A stretch of 64,000 bases of DNA, taken from assembly GCF_009834535.1 (NCBI RefSeq), contig NC_045697.1:81284001-81348000 (forward strand), read 5' to 3'. Below the pieces are notes generated by a model that searched no databases, was not told the origin of the DNA, and saw nothing but the letters and a program-made list of their open reading frames with translations. Both the position numbers and the translations under genes were made by a program. Shown here one piece after another: positions 13,196 through 27,820 of this stretch. The stretch is from Camelus ferus (taxonomy: Eukaryota). The first letter of the stretch is position 1, and every line of letters starts with the position of its first letter.

Positions 13196-16100
13196 CTGAT
13201 GCGATAACTGTCTCAGGACTCCACATTTTATTATTTTCTGGAACCTAATTCTGTCTCCTTTTCCATGCCATACCCTTTTCTGGGTGATTTTCACTGACTA
13301 TTAAATCCTCAGTCTGCTGTACTCCCAGAATATTTTACTATGTGCTTGGGTAGTTCTGACACTTGAATAATAAACACAGTCACATGCAAAATGATACTCA
13401 AGGACATGAACATTTTCCTGGGGAGGCAGATATCAGATGTACTATTTACTGAAACTGTTGTTATGATAACTAGTACTGTCCTACCATGCACTTACACTGT
13501 TAGGAAAAGTACAGTCCATCTGATGAAGAGAGTGAGGGAATATGAATCTAGATAACATGGCTCTTCCCAACTGCCTCTGATCTCAGCTTTTTAATCAATA
13601 CCATACTGGTTCGTCAGCTTCCCGTAACTACTCAGTCATGACAATGTTACTGCCCCTTCTTACACTGAGGGACATCTACCTCAATATCTAAAATGTCTTT
13701 GTGCAGTTGTCTCAGATATGAAAACATAATGGGGCCTAATTATGTTGGCTCTTAGGTAAAGAATCCTGTATCTACTTAATCTTTAGGTGTGTTACCCATT
13801 GAATTTCTCTAAATGCTAACAAGTCACTATTTAAACAAATTACACTAAACTAGAGACCCAAGTTTTTAAAAAGTTTTTTAAAAGGAAAAAAGTAACAAGA
13901 ATCATTAAAGTTTAAAATTTTGTAATATTTAATAACATAAATATTTACAATATTTAAAGCATGATCTATCTAAACAGACATGAAATGGTATAAAAAGATA
14001 AGACATGGCAGGTTTATTTTCACTATAAGAATCACAGAAGAACTAGACAAATAAACAGAACCTCATATCTATTGTGACCCAAGAAATCACTGGAGTCACA
14101 CACTTGCATGAGTTTCACTAAGTAAGAAAGGAGTATCAGACAAAACGTCATTGAATGGAATCATTTTCTTTGTGATTTGGTGCCTTTATCTAGGGCAGTA
14201 TTTTTTAAACTGGATTCCTTGGATTTATTTTAGTGAACGTACAAGATCTCTGTTATAATCATATATGACACATAATTTTGTATTTTATTTCAATGATAAT
14301 CTTTAAAAGTATCATCATATTTCAGATCAAAGAGAAATAAGATTACCAACCCTTTTGATGTTATATAGATTTAAACAGACATGCTGCAAAATGTAATTAT
14401 TAGAAAAGTGAGATGAAACCTAAAGAGTTAAAACTCTAATGTTTTCTCTTGGCATTCCAATGGGGTGCACCCACTTCCTCTGTAGAGTGCGGATCCAAAC
14501 ATTGAGGGCAGCCAATGGCTTGTTATGAGCCTTATGGTGTAGACCTGACAATTACATATCAATTACATATCCTCATATCTCACTATTATCTGGAAATTTT
14601 AGGTCCTTGATTCTTTTTGTGGTCCCTATCCCTCAGCTGATTATTTTATAAAAGTCAGAAAAACCAAAACTCAAATCTCCTTTGACTTGGAGTGCTCCTT
14701 ATTCCATTACAGTTACTTTGCTCATTGTAAAGTCCACACATACCCATGACGGAATAGATAGCTGTCCTCCTCATCATGTTATTAACTTGTACAAAGCCTC
14801 TTACTGTTGTATTTTTCATTTGGAAATAAACTAAAAAACAAGCTTGATCTGAATTCAAACTGTAACTCATGTCAGTTCTTGAGTCCAAACAGATTTTGTG
14901 GTCTTGCTTAATTTTCCAACTCATGGCCTAGTCCAGGTGATATTATTGCCTAACCTGGGTCTCTATTTTAGTGTAATTTGTGCAAGTGGTACCTATTTGA
15001 TTCTGTAAGTTAATGAGAAAGGACACAGGGATAATTAATAAATAACTAGTAGGTTGACACCAAGCAAAGGCCAACAGGATGTATAAATGAGTCACTGATG
15101 CCAAGAGAAAGTTTGAGGACACTGAACTTAAATGAGTCTCTGCACAGCAGATGTACCACATTCACACTGCTCAGGTTACTCACATTGTAGGGAAGAATTA
15201 AGTAGTAACATCTTCTATCATTTAAATTAATGTTTCAAATTTTAATACTGACTGTGAGTTAACCTTGTTTTTATGTGAATTACAAATGGGGGGGTTATAA
15301 CTGGATACAAACTACGAGTTCACTTTTAGTTTAGTATTAACAAATATTTGTTGTAGTATAAACTTGATTTAAATTATCACTGTGGTTTATAATTATTTTT
15401 CTTTAAAAGGGACCAGTAAAACATTCAAATTTGACTAATAGTGCAACTGATAGCAACTTGCATTAAAATCCTAAGATTAGCTTATACTTTTTAAAAGAAT
15501 ACAGCAACCCCCATAGGCCTCTAAATGAGTTGTAATCTTGTAAGGGTGATGGTGGTATTGAGAGAGTTAACTTAGTTTCAGAAGACTCCTGATTTGTCTT
15601 GGAGGTTCTTTCCAATTTAATTTTAAGTTTCTCAACCAGGGAGCACCTCAAATGATTTGTAGTTTCATAAAGCATTCTGAAAGGCCATTTCATTGGCCAT
15701 AGGAAATAAACTCAGACTCAGATTCCGTCTACTCAGTCTATGATAGAATGCCACTTTCACAATGTGCCACACAACTTTTATTAGAAATTGTTGTATCACC
15801 ATAAAACCAAACTCTTCACTATATTTCTGGTCATGCTCAGTGAATAAATATTTATACTACGATTTAAGCATGGTTTATAGACTTGCAAGACCATGGATCT
15901 TAATGTTAACATGATCTCTTTATTTCCGAAGACTAATTGCTCATTTTCTAAGAAATTTCGATTACAGAAAAAGAAATCCTTCGTGCCTCTGGATGCTTTT
16001 AATCAGAGGTTTCAATTCTGAAAGCTAAGCTATTGTAAGTCCTAATATCAACAACAAATGCTGGTAAGAAAAAGTAACCCCATTTTGGGTTATTTTTCTG

Positions 16101-17091
16101 CTCTTTTGTGTGTTTTCATCCTTTCTTTTTCTTACTCTCACACATACACCCATACCCCCCGCCCCCACACACATTCAGTTTATGGTAAAATTATCTTTAG
16201 AAATTAAAATCTCAATTTAACTGGAATTGTTACTCATAGATCACATACTTCAGGCAGCATTTATTTCCCTAAGGATTCTAACATTAATAAAAATAGAAAT
16301 GTCTTACATTTCCATATTAGTATAGGCATAGTTACAAATACTTTAAATGGTTTTAATGTAATGCCCCTGGTTTACTATTTGTATTTAGTCTTTTTCTTTC
16401 CCCCTCCACACACATTTGTTCATAAAGAGTCTTTGAAAAAAAGACTTGGAACAAAATCTATCACAAATATGACCATATCAAGTATTAGTTTAAACTTAAC
16501 ATCTAGACTCTCAGATATGGTAGGCTGCCATTCTTGAAGCTGCTATTATTAATAATGATCAGGCCAGATTACACTGTCGTGTCAGTGTCTTGGTGAACTA
16601 TGCATCATAGCCTCTTGGTCATCTAAGCTTGAGGAAATTCCAAAGTTGAAGGCATCAGACAACAGATTATAGCAGATTATATGTTGCCTAATAGGAAGAC
16701 ATCAGCATATTCAGCGTACAGGAATAGGTATTGTCAAATGAGGAGGTGGTCAATGGTCAATGTAAGAGTTGATATTTTGTATTAATATACTGCTGAATGG
16801 GAGGAGGAGTAGTACACTGTATTGTAGTTACTTCAACCAAGGTGACTTACATACATAGTAAATCAGCCATGCGTAACCGCAGAGTTTATGCTGCTTCTGC
16901 TTATGAGAAAGAGAGTGGCGGTCCTTGGTTAGCAAATATGTTAATGGAGGTACAACTGTTCAGCAACCTTAGCCCATGAAAGGGCAAAGATTGGAAGGGA
17001 AGAGGAGATAGCTAAACAAAGAGCTGTTTAAGTTGTTCTTGATAAAGGCAGTCAACTGTCAAATCGGCAGTCTTGGATGAGCATTAAGCAA

Positions 17092-17226
17092 GTGAAAGGA
17101 GGGAAGAGAAAGAGAAGCAGAGGGAAAGGAGGAGAAAAGAGAGGAGGAGGGGGAGGAGGATGAGCAGGCAGAAGGAAGAGGAAGGGAGGTGAAGAGGGAA
17201 AAAGCAAGGAGGAGGGGAGAAGAAAG
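17092..17226 (+). repeat. Polypurine (GA-rich) tract
   Basis: About 130 bp almost entirely G/A. Confidence 0.9.
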
Positions 17227-18229
17227 CAATACAGCAACCCCTGAGGGACTTGCAGAAAAATGTCAGCCAGAAATTAATGTCAGATATGGAGGTGGCTAAA
17301 CGATTTTTTAAAAGTTGGATGTACAGTATTGCATTTTAATTGTTGTTTCATAGTGTTGTAGTATTGTCTCTTTTGTAACCACAAGCCTCCATCAAAATCT
17401 GTTATAATTAAGCGTGGGGACAAGGATATAGACCAGAATGCTCAGTTCTGTTTCAGCATCACTCTCACACTGTGTGGCTTTAAATGAATCACTCAATATT
17501 TACTACCTACTCTGTGCAAAAAAGCATTATTCTTAGTGTTCCAAAAATTTTAATTCAAATCCTCAAAATGATCCAAGTATAATTATAAACACTTTAAATT
17601 ACTGAAAACATTAGAGGAAATAGAAACTACCAAATGCAATGTATACACTTAAAATACATATTTGCAATATAACTTCCACATTATTAATAAATATTAGGAA
17701 GATCATCAGGAGATGCTGTTCTAAACCTTTCTTATTTGTTTTCCCTTTTGTTAACTTATAAATATGTGTCTCTAAACTTAGACAAGTATTTTCTTTAGAT
17801 TTTTTTTTTCACCAAGTCTATTTGCTTAAAATGGAAATCTTCTCAAATTGGGTTTTCCACCAAAGGCCTTCTTTGTGTCAATGGCATTAGCTCCACCTCA
17901 CAGCTTAGTTTCACAATGTAAACTTGAAGTGATACTCATGGGTCTGATTCAACTCTTCTCGTTCAGTGACTTGTCCTTTAAACATCTCAGGTTTATCTCT
18001 TCCTTGCAGCTCTTATGTGGACACTCTGACGTAATCACCATCACCTCCTAGAAGTGGCACTTCCTGCTTTCCTGCTTGTATTCATCTTAGGATCTAATCT
18101 CACGTAGGATATACTTCCCTGCTTCAATATACCACAACTCTCCTTGAAAGTCTCTCCCGCCAAACCCCTGTCACTCCCTTCATTAGGTCTGTAGGAGCAA
18201 AACAAATATACTTAAAGACACCACTTACC

Positions 18230-19400
18230 TTAGCTAATTTCATTTGTGACTTTTAATGCTTCCCTGTAAGGACTTCCAAATCCTTCCTTAGCCCTCCTTC
18301 CCTGCTGGATTTCCACAGGGTGCCCTTTTTCTTCTCTCTCTTTCCACTTTTCTTGAACAATCATATCAATACTCAGCATCTTCATGAACCCGACCTAAAT
18401 TTTTCAACAGTTCACTGCTTTTTCATTTTTAAACAGTAATACGTTTCCTATTTTGTAGTTGGATTTCTTGCTTATTACTCCAGCTCTCTCCCTAACTGCA
18501 CCCCCAAAATACACACTGAGTTTTTTTCTCTCTGGATGGCATCACCAGCATTTAAATGGCACTAGATCAATCCTTAGAATCATTTTTGACTGTTTCTTTT
18601 CTTCTCTTCCTTCGAGATGCCTGCCTGCCTCCATTATCCCTTCTTTGAAAGAAGCACAGTTTTATCTGTGGGATGTCTTCTGGATCCATCCTCTCCTGTC
18701 TATTTCTGCTGACACAGGGCTTGTTTATGCCTTATTATCACCTGCATGATTTATTGCCACAAGTCCCTGAACCATGTCTCTGAGGGCCTGTCTCCTGCCT
18801 CAAGTCCTACCACCCATCCTACACTGTTATTTTTCTAAATCAAAACTTCAATTGGTCCTTCTTGAAACATAACGAAACAAAAGCACAAAACATCCAATGG
18901 TTCTTCATTTACTGCAGAATAAAGCGAAACTCAATGTGTCCTTTGGGACACTACACAAAATCATACTAAAATAACTTTCTAGTCTCTCTGTCGTAGTTTC
19001 TACACAAATATAAGATCCAGCCACACCAGACAAATATTGTACCTTCTCTCCTCAGAATTTTCCTGAGGAATTCTTTCTGTTTATACTATTATCTGATTGG
19101 TGACATTCCCTTAAATCATTGATAGTCTGGTTCAAATACTACCGTCTCCATAAAAATTTTTTCCTGGTTAACTTCATCACAATTTCAACAGTCTAGTGGC
19201 TACAATCCATTTTTTATTTGTATCTTGCTTTTATCATATTTTGTAATACCTTTAAATTATTTGCACATGTGTTGCTTCTAGCAGACTATATATCTTAACC
19301 TAAATTTCCAGAAGCTATTCCTGTGTTCTAACCCTAATCATGTAAAATTATACTTCGATTGCAGTAGGAATTTCATTGATACATTTTATTGATTGAATTT
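18230..19400 (+). mobile_element. L2 LINE 3' remnant
   Basis: Pyrimidine-rich L2 motifs: ttagaatcatttttgactg, atccatcctctcctgtc, caatggttcttcatttactgcagaataaa. Confidence 0.6.
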
Positions 19401-19722
19401 AGCTTCTCTTGAATCTCAACCATGGCTAAACCAGTTCATCTCTTAAATTATGTTGAGCTCTATGACCACCAGTTATTGGCAGATATCAGATAATTCTGAC
19501 ATATTTCTGTATCATTACTAACATTTATAAGTAAACATAAGTACACAGTATTACATATTTTGATATTTACTGGAAGTAGCATAAAGTAAGCATAAAGTGG
19601 TTGACTTACTGATTAACCATATTTAACAAGACTATCAGAAGCTTGCTTTCTGATGTGTCCTGTCTATATGCTAAAAGAAATTAAATAGTTTCCAGGGACT
19701 ATAAGACTGATAGGACACATGG

Positions 19723-19744
19723 ACACACACACACACACACACAC
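19723..19744 (+). repeat. (CA)n microsatellite
   Basis: Seen directly. Confidence 0.9.
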
Positions 19745-20894
19745 CTCTCATACATTCTTGATCAGCTAAAATGTAAAGTTCTCCTATAATGAAAATCTAA
19801 ATTTCTATATGAAAATTATAAACCCACGTAAGGGAAGAAGCAGTTTCAGTTCAGAGGCTAAAATTATGCTTCAATTTCCATTAAAAAATTGAACTTTGTG
19901 GTTTTTTTCAACCAAATAGACAACAAAAATGTGAATATCCTGAAATTTTAAAATATTCTGTATTCTCTATCATCTATGACTTTCTGTGCATACAGATCAA
20001 TTCATACCCAAATAAACGGATAAAATATTTTCAGTCTTTCACTTCATATTCTGGTATTTATAGTGGAATGATATTTAATATGACCAAAATCCTTAAGATA
20101 GAAGAACCAGATATAAAACTGCTACTTTCCTACAAATTCCTTAACTTCCAACACCATTTAAAAAATCAAATTTGGAGTAATTCAGTGAATTAAGATTTAA
20201 AATACTGAAAAATTACTTTTATAGAATTAAACAACTCTCACAACGTCATCTAACATATTTCATTAAAATATGTTTTCAAGACTCTTTACCAAGATTCTCC
20301 CTGTATATCTGATGTTTAAAACAAAGCATTTTTACCAATTTATTGTTTGAGCATTAAAGTAAAAATATAGCCAACAACAGGCAAACCATTAATAGTAATA
20401 TCTATGCACTGTTAGAATATATGCTTGAGATAAACTAAGTACATTTCTAAAAATCTTTTCTTCCTTCCAGTATTACATAGTAAGAACTGAACAGACTAGC
20501 TATAAAGAGATAAATTTTCAGATCTTTGGAAGAAAAAATCACTTTTATTAATGTGATTAAGTATATAAACACATGCATCTATAATATGTGCTTTTGGATG
20601 TTTTATCAAAATCTAATACTCATAACGGAGGAATGTAATAGATCAAATAATATCTAATAATTTAAAATTTAAGCTTCACTATAATATTTTAAAAATAAAA
20701 AAAGATGAACCAAGGAACAAATTATGAATTATAATACCTATCTTAAATTTCCATATACTAAGGTTACATCTTCTAATGAGGACAGTCAAATTACAAAAGA
20801 TTTGTTCAAGTAAAAATATCTACAGAAAAGCAACCAATTTGAAAATATAATGTTCAATGGAAAAATTCAAGATCAAAAGTCAATATTAAGAGGC

Positions 20895-21110
20895 ACTGTA
20901 GTGTATTTAGTAGGAATTAAGACTTTCAGAGTTTGAACAACAACTTTGCTACCTTCTGGTTATGTAACTTTGAACAAGTATTTTAAACTCAAAAGCATCT
21001 CTGTTGTTTCTTCTGTAAAGTGGAGTACTAGAAGCACCCATGTCTTAATCTTGAGGATTTAAATTAAAATCTGTAGAACACAGAGAATAATGCTTTGCAT
21101 AGTCAGTAGT
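20895..21110 (+). mobile_element. MIR remnant
   Basis: ggttatgtaactttgaacaagta...ttctgtaaagtggag...tgaggatttaa. Confidence 0.55.
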
Positions 21111-21685
21111 AAAAAGAAAACCAAAAAAACCCACTTTTGTTTATCATTGTTGCTTTTTTTACCTATTGCTTTGTTGTTAGAATGTCTATTCTAACACTTC
21201 AATTCCATTCACTACTATGGCATTCTTATTATTTCATTTCTTTTTCAGCCAAGTGATCCAATCAAGCAATGCTTAAATATAAGCATAAGACATCAGCAGA
21301 AATTTCAAAATTTTAAAACCTAATTTTTTTTGTTTTGGAAAACAGCTGCATATAGGTAGGCAGTTTACATTTAGCATAAACTATTTAAATATTTCAATTT
21401 AGTCTTTCAAGACTATTCTGGCTGATTTAATAAACAGATCAATTCAGCTGCAGTGCTTGAAGGAATGACTGCGATACACAGACACAGCTTTGATTTTGTG
21501 ACTAGAAATTTTCTGCATCACTGCACCCATGTATACACACATTTGAATGCATGTACACACACACATATCAGAATGGGCAGGTTTCAGATGTGAGATTCCT
21601 GTTTATCAAGCTGCATGATGACTTTTACAGATAAGCATATTTATATATGTGCATATTTACTGCTTGATGTCTTTTATGGGAATCC

Positions 21686-21686
<1 letters not shown>

Positions 21687-21719
<33 letters not shown>

Positions 21720-21786
21720 GTATATTCACTATATATGTATATATGTATACACATGTATGTATTTATATATCAATAAATATATATAC
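21687..21786 (+). repeat. (TA)n(CA)n / TATG microsatellite region
   Basis: Seen directly. Confidence 0.9.
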
Positions 21787-24700
21787 AGGGGTCCCTTTCC
21801 ACCTTTTTTTCCTCCTTATTGTGGATAGGAAATGACACCTTTACCTTTTCATAGCTGTCAGCCCACCTGAGCCATTACTGTCACTGATGAACAGGACTTT
21901 GAACTGCTTGAATAATGTTAATGATATTAAATTGTATTACTGCTCTAAGGACTTATTCTTTTACTTGCACTGAATAGCAAAGCAACTTCAATAGTACCAT
22001 TGCAAATGGAAAAACAACATATTTGACAATTTTATTTTTGGGGGGATGGGTTTGTTGCTGCAACAAAGGTTTTCAAGCTAATCATTATAAAACTTCTTTT
22101 CAAATTTGGATGAGCTAGTTATCCGAGTAAGATATTTGTGCTTCCTATGCTCAGTTTTCCAGTATAGGAAACAATTCTTTTTGTTTTCCTGTTAAATTTT
22201 AATATTTTGTTCTGAGATTTTAAAACTTAGTTTAACTTTATCCTGTGTTCAACGTACACCATCTATTTTTTCTTTCCTTTTCTTTTTTTTTTTTTTTAAC
22301 ATTTTAAGACATTGAAATCCAGATACACTTTTTTATAGCAGAACACAAAGCTTTGAACTGATTTCTCCTGCTTTGAGGTAAATGTGGCCATGTTTGAATG
22401 TAGCATATTCTGAAACAGTTTCAATTTCAAGATCTCTTTCAATTCTCTTTTTTAAGTAGTAATGGTACAAAGTAAAATTGTACTCCACAGGAACTCCACA
22501 CTTTTTCTTTTTCTTGAGTAGAGCAGTAAGAAAGGCTTAGAATTAAATTATATAAACTTAGCAGGTAGCAAAAATTAATTGTGCTTTCTTATTTAAAAAA
22601 AAAAAAGGTTTCAGAGAGTCAGAACAGAAGAGTAGCTGGCACCATGCAAAGTACTCTTAAGTTGCACACACACTCAAAACCAAATTTATTAAGACTAAGA
22701 AGCAAGAACTTATATTCTTTCCTATTAGCACATAGCACTGAACAGAAAATTATTAAAATTTTTCTTAGTGTGATGAAGACAACTGTCCAAAATATAACTT
22801 CATCCATCCCCAACAATCAAAATAAGAAAAAGAAAAAAAAATTGACTTCGACTATAACAACAAATACAGTGAAAATTGATCATAACCAAAGATAAGAAAA
22901 CAGAAATTAAATGGAATGGATGTTAAATTGGATATGGAATGAGCAATATAATCTTAGGGAATAAACACAGTTGCATATTACCTCTTTGCTCACAGACCCC
23001 AAACACATACCTGCAGACATCCATAATATTTCATTTCACCATGTCTTATATTACCTTCACTAGGGAAGGGGTTTCATAAGTTACACATGTGACCATACTT
23101 GGATGTAATATTTTACAATGAGGGATTACAAAGAGATACATTTGGCCCTCCAATGAACTGATAATACATTTGTGCAGAGACCAAGGACAGCCGTAGAGAA
23201 CTGTCAAAGCAGTAGACATTACTAACCTATAGAATTCAATGATTTTTCTCCTCATAAAATTCTTCTGAAGAATTTTTTTTATAGATCATCTCTCTTTTCA
23301 CCCACTTTTTCTATTCTAGCAGAACCTTGTGTTTCATCCAAGTTTCTTTCTTTAAACAGAGGCACATTCATACATTCTATTTTCTACTAACCCCACAAAT
23401 TAGTCACATCTATTTCAAAGTTTTCTAAGATTTTTAACTAAACAAAGAAAAACAAATTCCATAAACGACACATAAAGGAGCAGTCACCAGAAATCTTAAA
23501 ACTTTTATAATAGTGTTCCTGGAACTCACCTAATCTTACTAGGTTAGCTCTCTCTAAAGCTTCAGTATAGGAACAACCTGACATGCGTCTTGAGTTGTTC
23601 CCACTAAACCTCTAAAAGCTTGTTCTTTCAAGTGCTATCTCTTGTCTTCCCTCAGATGTTTCCTTTTCTACCTTCTTATTTCCCATATAAAAATTTATTT
23701 ATTGTTTACATTCTATGTAGTAAGTGACAAATACAGTATGGTAACAGTGGCTATTTTGGTACACAAATCATTCAAATGAAATTCATTTATACTCCAGAGT
23801 ATTACTACACAGTTGTCAGTCAATGACTTCGTATTTCATTTTTAAAAATGTGCTAGATCTTTTCTTCATTTGTGCCATTTAGAGAAAAAAAAAGGCCCAA
23901 CAAGGTTTATTGGCCTTAAGATGAACAATTTGCAGCAGGGACATTCTTCTGCCTCAATTTGGTAAAACTTTTTAAAAGAGAGAGCACTTTACTGTATTTC
24001 CTGTAAATTACTATAACTTCCTTTTCACTGTGAAAATACAAAATGCATTTTTATTTTGAGAGGTCGAGGTAGTCGTCTTTAAGCATCATAAAAGCTTTAA
24101 TTTCAATCAAATAACTATTACTGACAGTCTGAGAAATTTAAAAACAAAATTTAAATTTTAAATAGTTATGCAACAAAAACTAAAATTTCATTCAAAATTC
24201 CCAAATAGGATAAAAATTGAATATTTGAAACATAGTTTACTGTTTAAAATTTATGTCTTTTGAATGTGGGAGTAACAAAAGCAGACTGTGAGAGTCCATT
24301 GTAGGTATTATTACATATCATTTTGGGGTCTGGTATATATTTGGGGGTTTGTATGATAAGGAATGGTACTTTTTTTTACTAGCAGCAGTATTTCATATGA
24401 ACATTTCTCCACAGACACAAAAAAAGTTTCTTTTTTCTTTCATTGTAGGTTGAATGTAGCATTTATGAGTGAGAAGTCCTTAAAATAATTAAATTAGGCA
24501 AACTATAATACACAAATAGAGTAAGCAAATTTTATCTTTCAAATTGGTATTTTTAAGTCATTTCTAGTTGAGTATATTGAAATAAGATTTTGGAATATTG
24601 CTCGATTATTAAGAATATATGAAATAGTCCAAAAGTTATGGCTGTTTCTACTTATATGTGAAATGAAGTTAATGTTGGAAAAGGAACAGTGGGCATGAAA

Positions 24701-25769
24701 AAAACCTATGGAACTTTTTACTTATTTCATCTTATATGAGTAATGTTTACTGTGTGTAATGGCTTATCCTGGAATAGTAAAGTGAATAAAAAATAATAAA
24801 ATTAAAACAAGCAATAGGAAATATTTATTTACTGAATTCAATTCCCTTTGTAAAATTAATTGAGAATTAAACACTGCATGTTAGTACTATAATACAGATG
24901 GATAGATAGACAAATTTTTTTTTAAAGAAAAATTATATTATTCAAGGATACAAAAAATTTTGCCCAGGTGTATAAGCTTTACAAGTATAGACATTCTAAA
25001 GAAAGAAAAATTTTTGTTTTCTTTTTAACTTATATTTATTTTGTGGTTTGTTCATTACATCTTTCCTTTAAAAAGAAAAACAGATGCAGCATATATGTGT
25101 TATAAATCTCATAAGGCATTTTGGCTATCAAATATCTTTTATAAAATATTATTTGTAAGAGTTACTGGCAAGCAAATAACTGTGAAAGTTTTAACTATGA
25201 AATACAGACTTCAGAAACTCTTTTTATTTATGTGTTTTAAATAGGGAGAGCATCTTTTTCATTTAAAAGTATGTGCTATTACTTGATGCATTCCAAACTC
25301 ATCCATTTGCAATCACACAGAATCATAAAGGTTATGTTAACTATACGTCCCACAACTATTATAAGCAACTGGAGGAAGCACTTCTGTTTTATACAGTATT
25401 ATCTTCCTGATGAGCAAAGATTTTCTCATAGGTTTATTTTTCAAAACAAAAGGGCAAAACACCTAATGGTGACAACTTTCAGATTTGATCATGTGAACTT
25501 ATATTAGGTAATCTGGTAGGTAAATTAGGAACTATGATCTCAGTTTAAACAAAATCAATATAGATCACTGAACTTCATAGCATATAAGATGCTATCAATT
25601 AAAAGACATACTCTTACACTTTAGCATCTGAGATGCTAAACTGTGAAACTAAAAATGTGAATCAGAATCAATGAAATACAGTAAGCAAATTATTGAAAAA
25701 AAAGAAATCTTTTTTCTTGAACTCTCTATTATTAAATAAATTAACTAATTTTTACAAAATGTCAAGCAT

Positions 25770-25950
25770 GTTTCTTAGTGTTATTCATGGGTTAAATCAT
25801 TTAATCTTCCCAGCAACTCGTTGAATATGTAGTATTACTTGATCTAACTTTACTAGGGAGAAAAGGATGGCACATAAAATGATGTAATTTGCACAAGATC
25901 ACTGTTAATGACTAGAAGAACCAGGATTCAGTCCTGTTCTCAAAACCAGT
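25770..25950 (-). mobile_element. MIR remnant
   Basis: tcatttaatcttcccagcaac...taatttgcacaagatcac...agaaccaggattca. Confidence 0.6.
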
Positions 25951-25964
25951 GTTTTTAAATTTTA

Positions 25965-26022
25965 TTTTCACCTACCAATGAAAATTTTGTTTTCACCTAC
26001 CAATGAAAATTTTGTTTTCACC
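25965..26022 (+). repeat. Perfect 25-bp tandem repeat x2.3 (TTTTCACCTACCAATGAAAATTTTG)
   Basis: Seen directly. Confidence 0.95.
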
Positions 26023-26353
26023 CAAATCATCTCCTTCAGTAAAACATATGCTCATGTTCAGAAAACAAGCAACTTGTATTCAGATCAGGTTAGTTTGAGG
26101 TAGACTTTTAAGACTGGGTTAGAGTATCTTCCCATCATTCAGTGTCTATGCTAAGAAAATAACTCTGTTTCTCTGTTTAGCAAAGAAAAAGACTAATCAC
26201 CCATAAAGAAAGATGATTTTAGATCTTGCTTCCATTGCTGCTTCAGAAAAGTTAACTGACAGTCTTTTTTTTTTACTGCAGGAAGAATACTCCATATTGT
26301 GTTATTTTGTGTCATTATAATTTATCTAGTTAGAGATTTACATATATATTAAT

Positions 26354-27820
26354 AGAGCAGCTATCCATGAGAACAACCTGAAGACTAGCAGAAAAAGCCC
26401 AGAAATAAACTCTACACTTCTATGGTTAATTAATCAACAACAAAGGAGGCAAGAATAAACAATGGGGAAAGGACAACCATTTCAGTAAGTGGTGTTGGAA
26501 AACTGGGCACCTACATGTAAAAGATTAAAATTAGAACATTTTCTCACACCATATACAAAAATAAACTCAAAATGGATTAATGACCCAAATCTAAGATGAG
26601 AAATCATAAACCTCCTAGAAGAAAACATAGGCAGTATTCTTTTTGACATCAGCCTTGGCAGTATATTTTTGGATCTTTCTCCTCAGACAAGGCAAGTAAA
26701 GTGAAAATAAATAAGAAAGACTACATCAAACTGAAAAGATTTTGTTTAGTGAAATAAGTCATCAAAAATGAAAAGGAAGCCGACTGAATGTGAGAAGATA
26801 TTTGCAAATGATATATCTGAAAAGGGTTAATATTCAAATACACAGAAGAGCTCTCACAACTCAAAATGAAAAAAAACAATCCAATAAAAAATGAATAGAA
26901 GACATGAATAGACATTTTTCCAAAAAAGACATACAGATGGCCCATGGACACATAAAAAGATGTTCAACATTACTAATCATCAGGTAAATGTAAATCGAAA
27001 AGAGAATGAGATACCACTTCACATCTGTCAGAATGGCTATCATCAGAACAACAATAACAAGTGTTGGTGAGGATGTGGAGAAAGGGGAACCATTGTGCAC
27101 TATTGGAGAGATTGTGTATCAGTGGGTCCACTATAGAAAATAGTATAGAGGTTTCTCAAATAATTAAAAATAGAACTACCATATGATCTAGCAATTTCAC
27201 TTCTGAGTATTTAGCTGAAGAAAACAAAAACACTCATTCCAAAAGGTATATGCATGCCAATGTTCATTATAGCATTAGTTACAAAAGCCAAGATATGGAA
27301 GCAGCCTAAGTGTCCATCAATAGATGAATGGACTAAGAAGGTGTGGTATATATGTACCATGGAATATTACTCAGCCATAAAAAATGACATGAGTGGACCT
27401 AGAGGGTATCATGCTAAGTGAGATAAGCTATATAGAGAAAGACAAATACTGCATATTCTCACTTATATATGGAAACTTAAAAAAACAAAACAAACAAACA
27501 ATGCAAACAGATGGATAGATACAGGGAACAAACTGCTGGTTGCCTGACAGGAGAATAGTGGGTGGTTAGGTGATTTAGGTGAAGCAAATAAAGATGTACA
27601 AACTCCCAATTACACAATAAATAAGCCACAGTGATATAATATGCAGTATAGGAAATATGATCAATAATATTGTAATAATTCTGAGGACTCATGCTTACTA
27701 GACTTACAGTGGTGATCATTTTGTAAAGTATGAAAATATCAAATCACTATGTATCAAACCTGAAACTAACTTAATATTATATGTGAACTGTATTTCAATT
27801 TAAAAAAAAAAAGAAGAAAA
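26354..27820 (+). mobile_element. L1 (L1MA-like) ORF2 3' part, 3'UTR and polyA, apparently preceded by ~40 bp of L1 5'UTR
   Basis: agcccagaaataaac...aaaatggattaa...aagtgttggtgaggatgtggagaaa...tatttcaatttaaaaaaaaaa. Confidence 0.92.

Noticed and set aside
25965..26022. CRISPR-like or other prokaryotic repeat system
   Set aside because: The repeats are spacerless tandem duplications in eukaryotic intron DNA, with no cas genes or operons.
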